A stretch of DNA of 64,000 nt from a virus: the IMG/VR virus record IMGVR_UViG_3300045391_000822, positions 91,599-155,598 of that record; one strand, 5' to 3'. Positions within the stretch are counted from its first letter, which is position 1; every line of letters starts with the position of its first letter. Below, in pieces: positions 55,264-64,000 of the stretch. A program made the translations under genes and the position numbers. Under the pieces are notes generated by a model. The model searched no databases. It was not told where the DNA came from and saw only the letters and a program-made list of their open reading frames with translations.

Positions 55264-56430
55264 TTATAAGCTAGTCTGTCCAAACTCTGCGCCTTCAATG
55301 AGTGCAGTCGTCCAGGTTTGATTAGCCTGCGTTTGCTCAAGTACCGTTTGGAAACTACTGACCCCTTTCGATACTAGTCCTGGATTATTGACCAATGAAG
55401 CACCTGAATTATCCTTTGTTGCAGGTTCAACAGATAGGTACTTGTTTGTGTTGGCACTAACAATAATACCCGTGCAGTCACTGACGACAATGCCTGCAGG
55501 TACTTCAAATTTGTACAGGTCAGTCAAACCACTATCAGCAGCTTGAACAAAATGGCCTGAAGTGGTAGCAGCCTCCCAATTCGGAGTCGTACCGTCGTCA
55601 GATGTCCATTGAGTTAAAGAGCCATCAGCTGTTGCAGTAAGTTTAGGAATACGACGAGGTGTCAATGTAGGGAGATCTGTCAGATTAGGATCATTTGGCA
55701 CACCACCGGTGAAACCACTTGGCCAGGTCGGGTCAGATCCGTCTACACATTGAATAACCATGTCGTCAAGCGACCAAGAACACGCAGTCGTTCCGCTCCA
55801 AATACCCAAACGATTCATTATGTTTGTAGATAGAGGATCCGATCCAAAGGTAATAGAAACATTCTCCTGAATAGGAATCGTGTCTATGTAGTAGGAAGCC
55901 TTCATTTGGGCGTTAGGGTAAACCGCAAACTTAACGGTCATCCAATGATATACGGCAGTTGCAATAGCGATTCGATATGGAGACGTGGAGATTCCAGCTA
56001 CAGTGGACGGCATGAGTAAATTCAAACCGTTCGTCGTATCATTCGATATGCCCAATAGCGGCACAGCTAGAGCAGTATTGGTTGATGTGGTAAGGGTTAG
56101 TAGGTTGGAGGCAGCAATAGTGGTTGCTGCACTATCTACTCTAACCCAGCTGTTGAATGCAAATAACGCCTTACCGTTTGTTGCAGTGTTGTTGCGTTGG
56201 AACGTGGCGTTGGAAGGAAACTGATAGGTAAGCCCTTGGGTTAATGCTGTAGCTCCACGGTTCATGGAAAGAGCGTTATTGGGCGTGCCTGTAGGGAACG
56301 CCCCTGTACCTGCCGTGATCTGTGCCGTATTGGCAGTAACACCAGGAAACCATGGGAAGTTTGCGCCCACGATGCCGGTACTGTATTTATCAAAGCCTTC
56401 AGCAGCGGCCATGTGATTAGGGTTAGCCAT
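55264..56430 (-). CDS. tail appendage protein (LamG/ConA-like), propeller-less paralog
   Basis: AAAEGFDKY start, YHWMTVK, LDDMVI, ADGSLTQWT, TDLY motifs shared with neighbours. Confidence 0.6.
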   Translation of the reverse strand: MANPNHMAAAEGFDKYSTGIVGANFPWFPGVTANTAQITAGTGAFPTGTPNNALSMNRGATALTQGLTYQFPSNATFQRNNTATNGKALFAFNSWVRVDSAATTIAASNLLTLTTSTNTALAVPLLGISNDTTNGLNLLMPSTVAGISTSPYRIAIATAVYHWMTVKFAVYPNAQMKASYYIDTIPIQENVSITFGSDPLSTNIMNRLGIWSGTTACSWSLDDMVIQCVDGSDPTWPSGFTGGVPNDPNLTDLPTLTPRRIPKLTATADGSLTQWTSDDGTTPNWEAATTSGHFVQAADSGLTDLYKFEVPAGIVVSDCTGIIVSANTNKYLSVEPATKDNSGASLVNNPGLVSKGVSSFQTVLEQTQANQTWTTALIEGAEFGQTSL

Positions 56431-56439
56431 TGTGTGCCT

Positions 56440-57033
56440 CTATGTGTTAATCGTGAACCAGAAAGTTGTTTGAGTCGGAGTGGGAGGAGCAACATCAGAT
56501 TCAGCAACAACTTCTACGTTGAGGTCATCCAACTGAACTGAATAAGGTAAACCTATGATAGCTTCAATCGCATAGGAGTTTGTTGTTGCTGTCACGTAGC
56601 CGGGAATTAACGCTTCAACGTTGAAGGTATCAACGCTAATGTCATTGGGTGGTGCTAAGAGAGCTTGTTTCGCTAGGCCTCGGCCGCGTGAATCAGCTGG
56701 CGGGACAAAGGAAGGATCTCTACCAACCACTTCTATCGAAAATTCATCGATTTGAGTATACGCAGTAAGCAGGACTTGCTTGGATACACTACGGGCTTGA
56801 AGATCTACAACAGGTGCTGCGTCTGCATCTACAACAACTTCTATCGTAAAGGCACCAACCTGGGTGGTCGCCGTAAGAAGCACCTGTTTGTTTGCGGCCG
56901 TCATCTGCGTATCGCTAGGATGCACAAATGCGGTGTCTTTCGCCACGACTTCAATATCGTATGTGCTAACTTGTATCGTTTGGGCCAGAAGTACCTGCTT
57001 TGCTATGGCGCTGGCACGAAGATCGGTAGCCAT
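56440..57033 (-). CDS. repeat-built virion adaptor-like protein (4 repeats)
   Basis: KQVLL...(I/V)EVV x4; C-terminal PPTPTQTTFWFT. Confidence 0.65.
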   Translation of the reverse strand: MATDLRASAIAKQVLLAQTIQVSTYDIEVVAKDTAFVHPSDTQMTAANKQVLLTATTQVGAFTIEVVVDADAAPVVDLQARSVSKQVLLTAYTQIDEFSIEVVGRDPSFVPPADSRGRGLAKQALLAPPNDISVDTFNVEALIPGYVTATTNSYAIEAIIGLPYSVQLDDLNVEVVAESDVAPPTPTQTTFWFTINT

Positions 57034-57042
57034 AGCAGCTCC

Positions 57043-60036
57043 TTAGGAAACCTTGGTAATCGAAAGCTCCGAACCAGAGATTGCGCTTGCGTTCCAATTG
57101 CTGTTATCTGCCTGTGTGTTGAACACCTGGCTTACGTAGGTATTAGAACCCAAAGGTGTAGCAATTGGTACAACTGGAAGATTATCACTGCCTGCTGCTG
57201 TCGTCAATGATACCTGTACGGTCGGAGTATTCGAGAACAGTCTGCTGAAACTTGCTTCTACTGACATAGCCAACGGACGAAGTCCAGAAGGAGGGACGAA
57301 CGATGAAGTTCCATAAATGTCCTGTTGACCAACAGCGTTCGATTCCACGTAAGATTGAGTGGTAGAAATTGGAATTCCTGTAGCTGCTGCCGCATTCGTA
57401 ACTGCCCCTGACGGCTGTTTAGTCCATTGAGCTTGTACATCAGTATCGGAAGGAACTAGAACAATTCTTGCGTCGCCTTGTGGTCCTGCATTCGGTGAAC
57501 TGAAGTTAGTTACCACAATATCATCGTATGCAGAGAAACTATCGTCACCAGTATCTAAGACTGCGTTTAAGTAAACATCGCCGATCTCAGGATACATGAT
57601 CAGAAGTTGGTTTAGTGTGGTTCCGTAGCCCACAAATGCAGTACCAACAGCAAGAAACGATCCACGATTATTTGCTCCAGTACCGGTCCATGTAACCCCG
57701 TCGGCAGAGTATAGAGGTCCGCCTGATGTGGCCCCCACCAACAGATACTTACCGTTGAATGCTAGTAAGCCACCTTGGGTTGTGCCATAAGTCACGTAAG
57801 CGTTGGTAGGAGCATTCCCTGTACCTGTTACTGGAGTAACTTTTAAAAGGCTTCCGGGACCAGCACCGAACCACATAGCACCAAATGCTGAATTTTGTGC
57901 TAGAGTTAAGGTAGATACAGGGGCTACAGACTGGGAAGTAAATGCTGTCCAAGTTAATCCATCATCTTTACTATAATAGAAGACGGTGGCGCTGGCTACT
58001 GTAATTACCCAAGTATCGCCTGCATGACAGATGCCATTTAGATTAGCACTTCCGGACCAAGGTCCTGATATTTTTGTCCAGGAAGTACCGTTCGTGCTAC
58101 GAATAAGAGTACCTGCGCTTCCAACAAACATGCCAACGCCATTTGAAACCCAACCATTATTGTAGGTGGTGGCAGCAGCACCTGTTGAAACCGTTGTCCA
58201 GTTTTGTAGATCTGTAGATGTGTCCACAAAAGCGGTGGTACCTACGGTACACCAGACATTACCAACCTTTAATGCTGCAGAAGAAGTATTTGGTTTTGTA
58301 ACCGGTATCCAATTTATACCGGTTCCGTCAAAATTAACATCTGCAACAGCTGATCCAATTACCGGGATAATTGACATCTTGGAAACCGGATCATAGTATC
58401 CTGGTTTATCTGTCGGGACATGAGTAAACGGCAAGGAGGCTAATGCAGAAAACAAGGTGTAGCTCTGATTCAACGTAGCTAGACTAGTACCATCAATCGT
58501 GAATTGGGTAGTATAGGTGGAGGGACTCGTAGGTATTATGTTTATACCATAGCTGTTCCACGTATCCCGTTGATAAGGATTGTACGGAGAAGGCGCTGCC
58601 GTTGCAGTCGTCCCCCCGGTACCACCTGCGCGATAATTCAACGTAGGTACGCTACTTACGGAGTTTAATGCGAAACCATAGAAAAAAGTTGCTGATAGCA
58701 ACGGGTTTAAAAAGCCAGATGTGGAATTTACCGTGGTGGTTATCATAAACCCACTCTCAGAAAAATTCCAATTAATTCCGTCTGTGGAGGTTGCAACTAT
58801 CTGGCCTTGATAAAGACCTGTGGTAGACTGTGCACCTGTAGCAGATATAGTGAACACAAACCTATCATGTTCGAAGGATAAGAAATAGGAATATGCACCA
58901 CTTGAGATTGTGTGAGAGAAAGAATACGTTGTCCAAGCAATTCCATCAGGAGAGACAGCAACCGTATTTCCTGATGGAGAAAGTGCTATGAAAACTCCGT
59001 TTCCGTAAGCGACCAATGGAGGGGCATTCGTAGCTGTTAAACCGATGGACGAGGCGGCTATGGTAGTGAAAGTTGAACCGTTATTCGTACTATAGGCTAT
59101 GTGATTGCCGGTACCGCTGGTGATCGTGCCACCTAGAACAATCGTGCTTCCACCAAAGGCAACCGATTGTGCCGTCATACTTGTTGCAGACCCAGTAGCT
59201 GTGAACGTAGGAGCAGTCCAGGTGGCACCATCAGTAGATGAGACTAGAGTATTAGCAGTGGCTATCACTGGCGTGCCAAGAAATCTAGCACCAGTCCAGA
59301 TCAGGCTACCAATAGCTGCAACCGTATTACTTACAAGAGTAAATCCTCCGGTAGGTCCACGAACATATGCACGAGATACCGCAGATTGACCAGGATCATA
59401 ACAAACAGTAGTGCTAATTTCCGGTGCATAAAGGAGACTCAACAGATTTGTTGCATTTATGCCTGTTACAGTGCCAGTATTAGTCCATGTGGTAGAATCT
59501 ATGTTAGTCGAAGTTAAGAACGATGCCCCTAGTCCACCAGATGTTCCACCTTGGGAAACAACCGCTATGTATTCGGAACGATTTGCATCAAATGTAATAT
59601 CAGTTGTTCCAATAAGACCGGAATTCCCAAAAATAACTTGAGGTGTTCCCCCCACTGCTAGGATATCATTGTTGACCGCACGATAGATACCGTTTGCATT
59701 TGTACCACCTGCAAAATTATTCTGGCCTTGTGGTGATACCCAATTACCGTTTACATATCGATTGCGTCGTCGAGTAGTAGGTCCGCTATTGTTACTAGTC
59801 AGTCGAGCACGAAACGTCATTGATATACCAGTGCCTATCTGCCCTGCAGCATCAGAGAATAAGGTAACAGGAGCAGCAGGAAGATGAGTAACACGAGCTA
59901 ATGCTTTGCCGCCAGAATACGAAGCTGCTACGGTGCCTATCATACCTGTGTCGGTTGTGGCACCGGCCTGACCTCGTTCAATTAAATCTGCGTTCTGCCG
60001 GATGGTCTCAAATCCTTCCATGAGAAGTACGGTCAT
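57043..60036 (-). CDS. large tail appendage protein with two BNR/Asp-box beta-propeller regions
   Basis: MTVLLMEGFET start; STDGATW, SPDGIAW, STDGINW, SKDDGLTW, SADGVTW. Confidence 0.7.
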   Translation of the reverse strand: MTVLLMEGFETIRQNADLIERGQAGATTDTGMIGTVAASYSGGKALARVTHLPAAPVTLFSDAAGQIGTGISMTFRARLTSNNSGPTTRRRNRYVNGNWVSPQGQNNFAGGTNANGIYRAVNNDILAVGGTPQVIFGNSGLIGTTDITFDANRSEYIAVVSQGGTSGGLGASFLTSTNIDSTTWTNTGTVTGINATNLLSLLYAPEISTTVCYDPGQSAVSRAYVRGPTGGFTLVSNTVAAIGSLIWTGARFLGTPVIATANTLVSSTDGATWTAPTFTATGSATSMTAQSVAFGGSTIVLGGTITSGTGNHIAYSTNNGSTFTTIAASSIGLTATNAPPLVAYGNGVFIALSPSGNTVAVSPDGIAWTTYSFSHTISSGAYSYFLSFEHDRFVFTISATGAQSTTGLYQGQIVATSTDGINWNFSESGFMITTTVNSTSGFLNPLLSATFFYGFALNSVSSVPTLNYRAGGTGGTTATAAPSPYNPYQRDTWNSYGINIIPTSPSTYTTQFTIDGTSLATLNQSYTLFSALASLPFTHVPTDKPGYYDPVSKMSIIPVIGSAVADVNFDGTGINWIPVTKPNTSSAALKVGNVWCTVGTTAFVDTSTDLQNWTTVSTGAAATTYNNGWVSNGVGMFVGSAGTLIRSTNGTSWTKISGPWSGSANLNGICHAGDTWVITVASATVFYYSKDDGLTWTAFTSQSVAPVSTLTLAQNSAFGAMWFGAGPGSLLKVTPVTGTGNAPTNAYVTYGTTQGGLLAFNGKYLLVGATSGGPLYSADGVTWTGTGANNRGSFLAVGTAFVGYGTTLNQLLIMYPEIGDVYLNAVLDTGDDSFSAYDDIVVTNFSSPNAGPQGDARIVLVPSDTDVQAQWTKQPSGAVTNAAAATGIPISTTQSYVESNAVGQQDIYGTSSFVPPSGLRPLAMSVEASFSRLFSNTPTVQVSLTTAAGSDNLPVVPIATPLGSNTYVSQVFNTQADNSNWNASAISGSELSITKVS

Positions 60037-60045
60037 GGCGTTTCC

Positions 60046-61302
60046 TTATGTGCGGTGTCCGGTTAACGTGATAGATATGGATGCGATACCAGAACTAATC
60101 CATTCGTAACGTAACACATCGCCGATTGCAAAATCAACAACAGTTGGATTGATGGTACTGAAGGTTGCGGTATGAGTCGTAACGTTATACGAAAGCGTCC
60201 CGACTTGGGTAAACGTAGCAGGGGCAGCTGCCAGAGCCTGCATTATGCGGGCCTGGGCAACAGTTCCGGTCACCATAGATGCAACTACCTGTGAGCCTGC
60301 AAAATTCTGTGGGAATTCACAAGCACGGGTGAAGATAAAAGCTACAGGTTGGATGATAGGGTTACCAGTAACGTTTACTCCAACATCTATGATAGAAGGA
60401 TCTGGAGGTAAGTCAGTCAGGTCGTTGTACGAACCACCGGTAGCGACAGGAGCAAGAACTGGAGTGCCACTTAGGTCTGTGTAAGCTCCTGAGGTAGCTA
60501 CTGTAGCTAGTGATGGCTTACCCAACAAATCCGTGTATTGACCGGTCTTACCAACGTCAGAAAGTCCGGGCAGATTAGAAGCATTGATAACTACCGTACC
60601 GGTCTGGCCATTAATAGAAAGAACATCCGAAGATGCTGCAGGAACTTTTTGCCATTGAGTACCATCTGACAATAGCCAATCGCCAGGTAACAGAGAAATT
60701 GGGCTACCCGTTGTAGGCGTAAAAGTCCCGGCCACAGATGTCACATATAACCATCCCAAGTTTTCTGTAGCGGCATCAGGTATGGTGGGAGTGTTCGTAG
60801 AAGCATTATAGGTTCCTTTATAAACCATAGCTCCTGTAATGGAATCAGGTAGGTACTCAGGTAGAATCTTATTGTTGGAATCGAGTATGTCCAAACCAAG
60901 ATCAGCACGGGTGAGTACAACGTTACCTGTCTGGGTAACGCCGAATTCTCCCTTGATATTGATAATGGCTGCACTCAATACGCCAGCATTGATAGATACA
61001 GAACCATCGGTAGCAACCTTAATACCACCCAACACTGTGGTAGTTGCAGCAGGTAGTGTATACGGATCAGGTATAGTAGGTTTCCCAGTTAAGTCCGCAT
61101 ACGCCCCTGTGAACGCCACTGTAGATAAATCGGACGATACAATACCCAGAACTACAATCTGATTGCTCTCGTCTTTGGTGAATAGTTTGCGATCTACCAG
61201 GTTAATCGCAAGCTGTCCAGCCTCGATATCGCCAGTAGTAGGCGCACGGCCTGCAACACTCGTGCGCTTCTGCTGCATTGGTAATTGAAGCGTGGTAGCC
61301 AT
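60046..61302 (-). CDS. fibre protein with Mtd_N-like N-terminal domain
   Basis: GQLAINLVDRKLFTKD; VA..G.Y.DL..KP repeats; domain shared with 6107-7063. Confidence 0.7.
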   Translation of the reverse strand: MATTLQLPMQQKRTSVAGRAPTTGDIEAGQLAINLVDRKLFTKDESNQIVVLGIVSSDLSTVAFTGAYADLTGKPTIPDPYTLPAATTTVLGGIKVATDGSVSINAGVLSAAIINIKGEFGVTQTGNVVLTRADLGLDILDSNNKILPEYLPDSITGAMVYKGTYNASTNTPTIPDAATENLGWLYVTSVAGTFTPTTGSPISLLPGDWLLSDGTQWQKVPAASSDVLSINGQTGTVVINASNLPGLSDVGKTGQYTDLLGKPSLATVATSGAYTDLSGTPVLAPVATGGSYNDLTDLPPDPSIIDVGVNVTGNPIIQPVAFIFTRACEFPQNFAGSQVVASMVTGTVAQARIMQALAAAPATFTQVGTLSYNVTTHTATFSTINPTVVDFAIGDVLRYEWISSGIASISITLTGHRT

Positions 61303-61310
61303 GTGTTCAC

Positions 61311-64000
61311 CTAAAAAGTTCCAGAATCAATTGTAATATCGCCGCTGTTTAAGAAACTCATGGTCAGCGGGTCCTGTGGATCTACGGCGTTAGGTAGATT
61401 CTTAATAGCATTGTTGTTCATGTCCAAAGGACCTTCTAACGTATCCCCTGTACGGGCCACGGCCCCAACATCAGCGGCTTCTAGATGCACGTCACCAGTA
61501 GCAGGATCAGTTGGGGTTATACCGTTTACGCTCTTGACCGTGCCGCCACCAGCAATCAGATCAATCTTTAACGAATCGGCTGCTGGTGTTAATACAACGT
61601 TTGAACCAGCAACCAATTGTTTAATCAACGCTATACCACCAGTCCCTTGATCCGCTACAAGTACGGCTGCACTCGGGTCCGATACGGAAGTGTTCTGTAT
61701 CGAGGTTAAGGCCGTGGTATCGATAGTAATTGAACCAGAAGCACCGTCAGGCGTGATGGTGATAGCCGCAGATCCTGGAACGAGATTGACTGCGTTGATT
61801 AGGCTATTAAGTGAAGTAACGGAAGATCCGCCACCTCCACTACCAACGTAGGTAACGGTAATGGTTTGACCATCGTTGGTGACCTGGATGTTATCTCCGT
61901 CACCCATGACAGTAATATCGCCTTGCAGCGTATTGACAGAAGTGACTCCAGATACTGGTGCTTCTCCAATATAGGAAATCGTCAGTGTTTCACCAGTAGT
62001 ATCTACATGGATAGTTGTTTCATCACCTGCAACCGTTAAGACACCACTCGCACCGTTGACGGAAGCAACACCGCTAGTACCAGTGGCAGCTATGGTAATC
62101 TGGTTACCTACAGGAGTCAAGGTAATGCCAGATCCCTGCACCAATGCAACTGCGCCAGTCAGTCCGTTGAAGGACGTAACCCCGCCGGTTGCAGATGAAT
62201 TAACTGTCAGTATACCGGCGGTCAGGCTGAACGTAATACCAGTGCCTTCCTTTAGTGCAACAAGTTGCCCGGTGGAGGTATTAACCAGTGATGTCGTACC
62301 TGTACCCGTTACTGATGTAATCTGCTGGACGCCGGTTGCCGAGACAGTTATGTCTGTACCGCTCGGCGTCAGCGTTACTCCGGTACCTTGCGTCAGACCC
62401 TTGAGTATACCTCCGGGACCATTTGAAATCAGAGTAGTGCCACCAGCACTGGTAAGCGCATCAACTTTACCGTCAACATCGGTCTGGAGTTGATCTATCT
62501 CGTCCTGTAATGTTGTCTGGACATTGGTAATACTGGTACCTAGTGTACCCAGTTTAGCATCAATGCCAGCTAAATGGGTTGTTAGTGTAGCCGCGATGCC
62601 ACCTGTATAGTTGACACCTGCACGGCTTACCAACAGGTCAAGGTCGTAATCAATTTTCTGACCAGTATCGGTTCCAGTCCATACGTCATTGGCGAGATTA
62701 CGCGTCACGTCATCGACTATATAAGGACACGTACCAGTCTTGTTGATGTACGACTGTGTCGTTGGATTTACCCAGGTAGACACGTTCTTTAGGAACAGAA
62801 TGTCTCCGGCGCCAGATGCACTTGAATCGATGGCCGACACGTTGGTAGCGGTACCGACACTACGTGCGTTTGACACAAATAGTTGACCACCGATATGATT
62901 AATACGAGCTAGGTGCCAAACATCATATATTTCTACAGTACCGGCTGTGATTTCCATAATAGATGCCGAGTCTTGTGGCATGTTACGGAAAATCGTGTAG
63001 CCCCCGTTAACAGAAATCTTTCCGTCATTGGTGTACAGGTTGTCGATGATTAACGAACCCGCCCAGGTGCCCCCAGTAGCGTCTACCTGTACCGCTTCTG
63101 CAGCCGATGAGGACTGGATAATGATATTGGATAAACGAGCACCTTGGGTATTACCAACCTGTGTTACGCGCAATGCAGCGCCAGTTCCAGTATAGTTAAC
63201 ACCAAGGTTGACCACTGAGACAGGTTGTGCACCACTGATACTTAGAAAACCAGTAATCCAAACATCTGCGGCATTGCCGGCGATAGTAGGAGCTACAATC
63301 GTTAGTTGCTTGTCGCCAAGCTCCAGCGTGTCTGGATACGTACCCGGACTTTCTATAGAGATGAGCGCACCAGCAGACGCCGCTTCAACAGCAGCTGCAA
63401 TGGTAGAGAACGGATTGTTCCGGGTACCGTTACCGTTAGTTGGGTCACCATTTGTAGCTACGTATACCACGTTCTGAGGATTGAACGTAATACCAGCAAG
63501 GATGTCAGGACTGATAGATAGGGCGCCAAAATTCAGTACCAAGCCACCTTCTACAGGAACTGATACGGTACCTTGAGTCACGGTAGTAGCTGCAGGCAAT
63601 ATGACGTTGCCTGTTCCATCAGGAGCTACTGCGTTGACTGTCTTAACAGTACCTTTGGAATCGAGTGCGGCCTGTAGCCCTGAGATGTCCGATATGCCAA
63701 TAACAACAACACCAATCTTCCCATTAACACTGGATACAGTGTTCTGGTTATCCACCTGATCGTAACCAGTGCCGTTGCTGACGATCCAGTCTCCAACGTC
63801 TAGTTGGAAGCCTTGTTGCGTCCCTGCTACCGTTGTTACCCAGTAGAAGCCAAGATTGCTCGGTCCTGGCACAGGTAACGTTGGTGTATTGGTAGCAGCG
63901 TTGTAGCCACCTTGATACTTCAAAGCGCCTAATACCGAAGCAGGTAGTTGAGCAACTGGGACCTTGCCGTTCACGTCAAGTGAAGCAGCTCCGTTTGCTA
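61311..64000 (-). CDS. long fibre/tailspike-like protein, 5'-truncated at window edge
   Basis: Frame open past 63974 (ANGAASLDV); VYVATNG..GTRNNPFSTI then beta-helix-like region; V.S.NG..G repeats; ends IDSGTF. Confidence 0.75.
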   Translation of the reverse strand, partial: ANGAASLDVNGKVPVAQLPASVLGALKYQGGYNAATNTPTLPVPGPSNLGFYWVTTVAGTQQGFQLDVGDWIVSNGTGYDQVDNQNTVSSVNGKIGVVVIGISDISGLQAALDSKGTVKTVNAVAPDGTGNVILPAATTVTQGTVSVPVEGGLVLNFGALSISPDILAGITFNPQNVVYVATNGDPTNGNGTRNNPFSTIAAAVEAASAGALISIESPGTYPDTLELGDKQLTIVAPTIAGNAADVWITGFLSISGAQPVSVVNLGVNYTGTGAALRVTQVGNTQGARLSNIIIQSSSAAEAVQVDATGGTWAGSLIIDNLYTNDGKISVNGGYTIFRNMPQDSASIMEITAGTVEIYDVWHLARINHIGGQLFVSNARSVGTATNVSAIDSSASGAGDILFLKNVSTWVNPTTQSYINKTGTCPYIVDDVTRNLANDVWTGTDTGQKIDYDLDLLVSRAGVNYTGGIAATLTTHLAGIDAKLGTLGTSITNVQTTLQDEIDQLQTDVDGKVDALTSAGGTTLISNGPGGILKGLTQGTGVTLTPSGTDITVSATGVQQITSVTGTGTTSLVNTSTGQLVALKEGTGITFSLTAGILTVNSSATGGVTSFNGLTGAVALVQGSGITLTPVGNQITIAATGTSGVASVNGASGVLTVAGDETTIHVDTTGETLTISYIGEAPVSGVTSVNTLQGDITVMGDGDNIQVTNDGQTITVTYVGSGGGGSSVTSLNSLINAVNLVPGSAAITITPDGASGSITIDTTALTSIQNTSVSDPSAAVLVADQGTGGIALIKQLVAGSNVVLTPAADSLKIDLIAGGGTVKSVNGITPTDPATGDVHLEAADVGAVARTGDTLEGPLDMNNNAIKNLPNAVDPQDPLTMSFLNSGDITIDSGTF

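Noticed and set aside
52744-57033. Regularly spaced ~110-bp repeats as a possible CRISPR array or DGR template
   Set aside because: Repeats are in-frame, conserved at amino-acid level and degenerate in DNA; no identical repeats, cas genes or reverse transcriptase seen
1-64000. Alternative genetic code, tRNAs, introns/inteins, or a bacterial contractile injection system (eCIS/T6SS)
   Set aside because: Standard-code ORFs tile the window with TAA, TAG and TGA all used as stops; no cloverleaf or splice motifs seen by eye; portal, resolvase and phage accessory genes indicate a true phage

Overview
The window is part of a large tailed-phage genome, most likely a contractile-tailed jumbo myophage; it is densely coding, and I found no rRNA, tRNA, CRISPR or IS elements by eye. 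Layout: (i) 1-5.2 kb, + strand, small accessory ORFs (MazG-like, DUF2591/NinX-like, DUF1737-like, L7/L12-like, minimal nucleotidyltransferase-like). (ii) 5.3-27.3 kb, - strand: fibre proteins, an Ig-like protein, probable neck proteins, a T5 A1-like nuclease, a DUF5675-like peptidase, HNH, GNAT, a VIP2-like ADP-ribosyltransferase and many acidic low-complexity proteins. (iii) 27.4-49.9 kb, + strand: RuvC-like resolvase, portal and a near-complete T4-style tube/hub/wedge/spike/fibre module with a lytic transglycosylase. (iv) 50-64 kb, - strand: TraR-like, DUF3175-like, a glycosyltransferase, and a duplicated cassette of beta-propeller tail appendages with repeat-built partner proteins. Main observation: nine otherwise unrelated proteins begin with the same ~9-residue peptide, M-x(1-6)-[FYIL]-A-[ENQ]-R-[VIL]-[LI]-[AS] (eight clean matches, one variant). 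They include the ADP-ribosyltransferase, the GNAT, a hydrophobic-hairpin protein and the DUF3175-like protein. The peptide is encoded by divergent codons, and I infer it is a capsid-targeting/protease-cleavage tag for an injected effector payload, analogous to the T4 CTS. Other signals: a candidate late promoter CAATTTTA, a candidate +1 frameshift in the tail chaperone, an inverted 26-bp terminator duplication 44.7 kb apart, and a repeated ~60-bp intergenic element. All family assignments come from motif recognition by eye, not database searches. Major capsid, large terminase and sheath genes were not recognised in this window.
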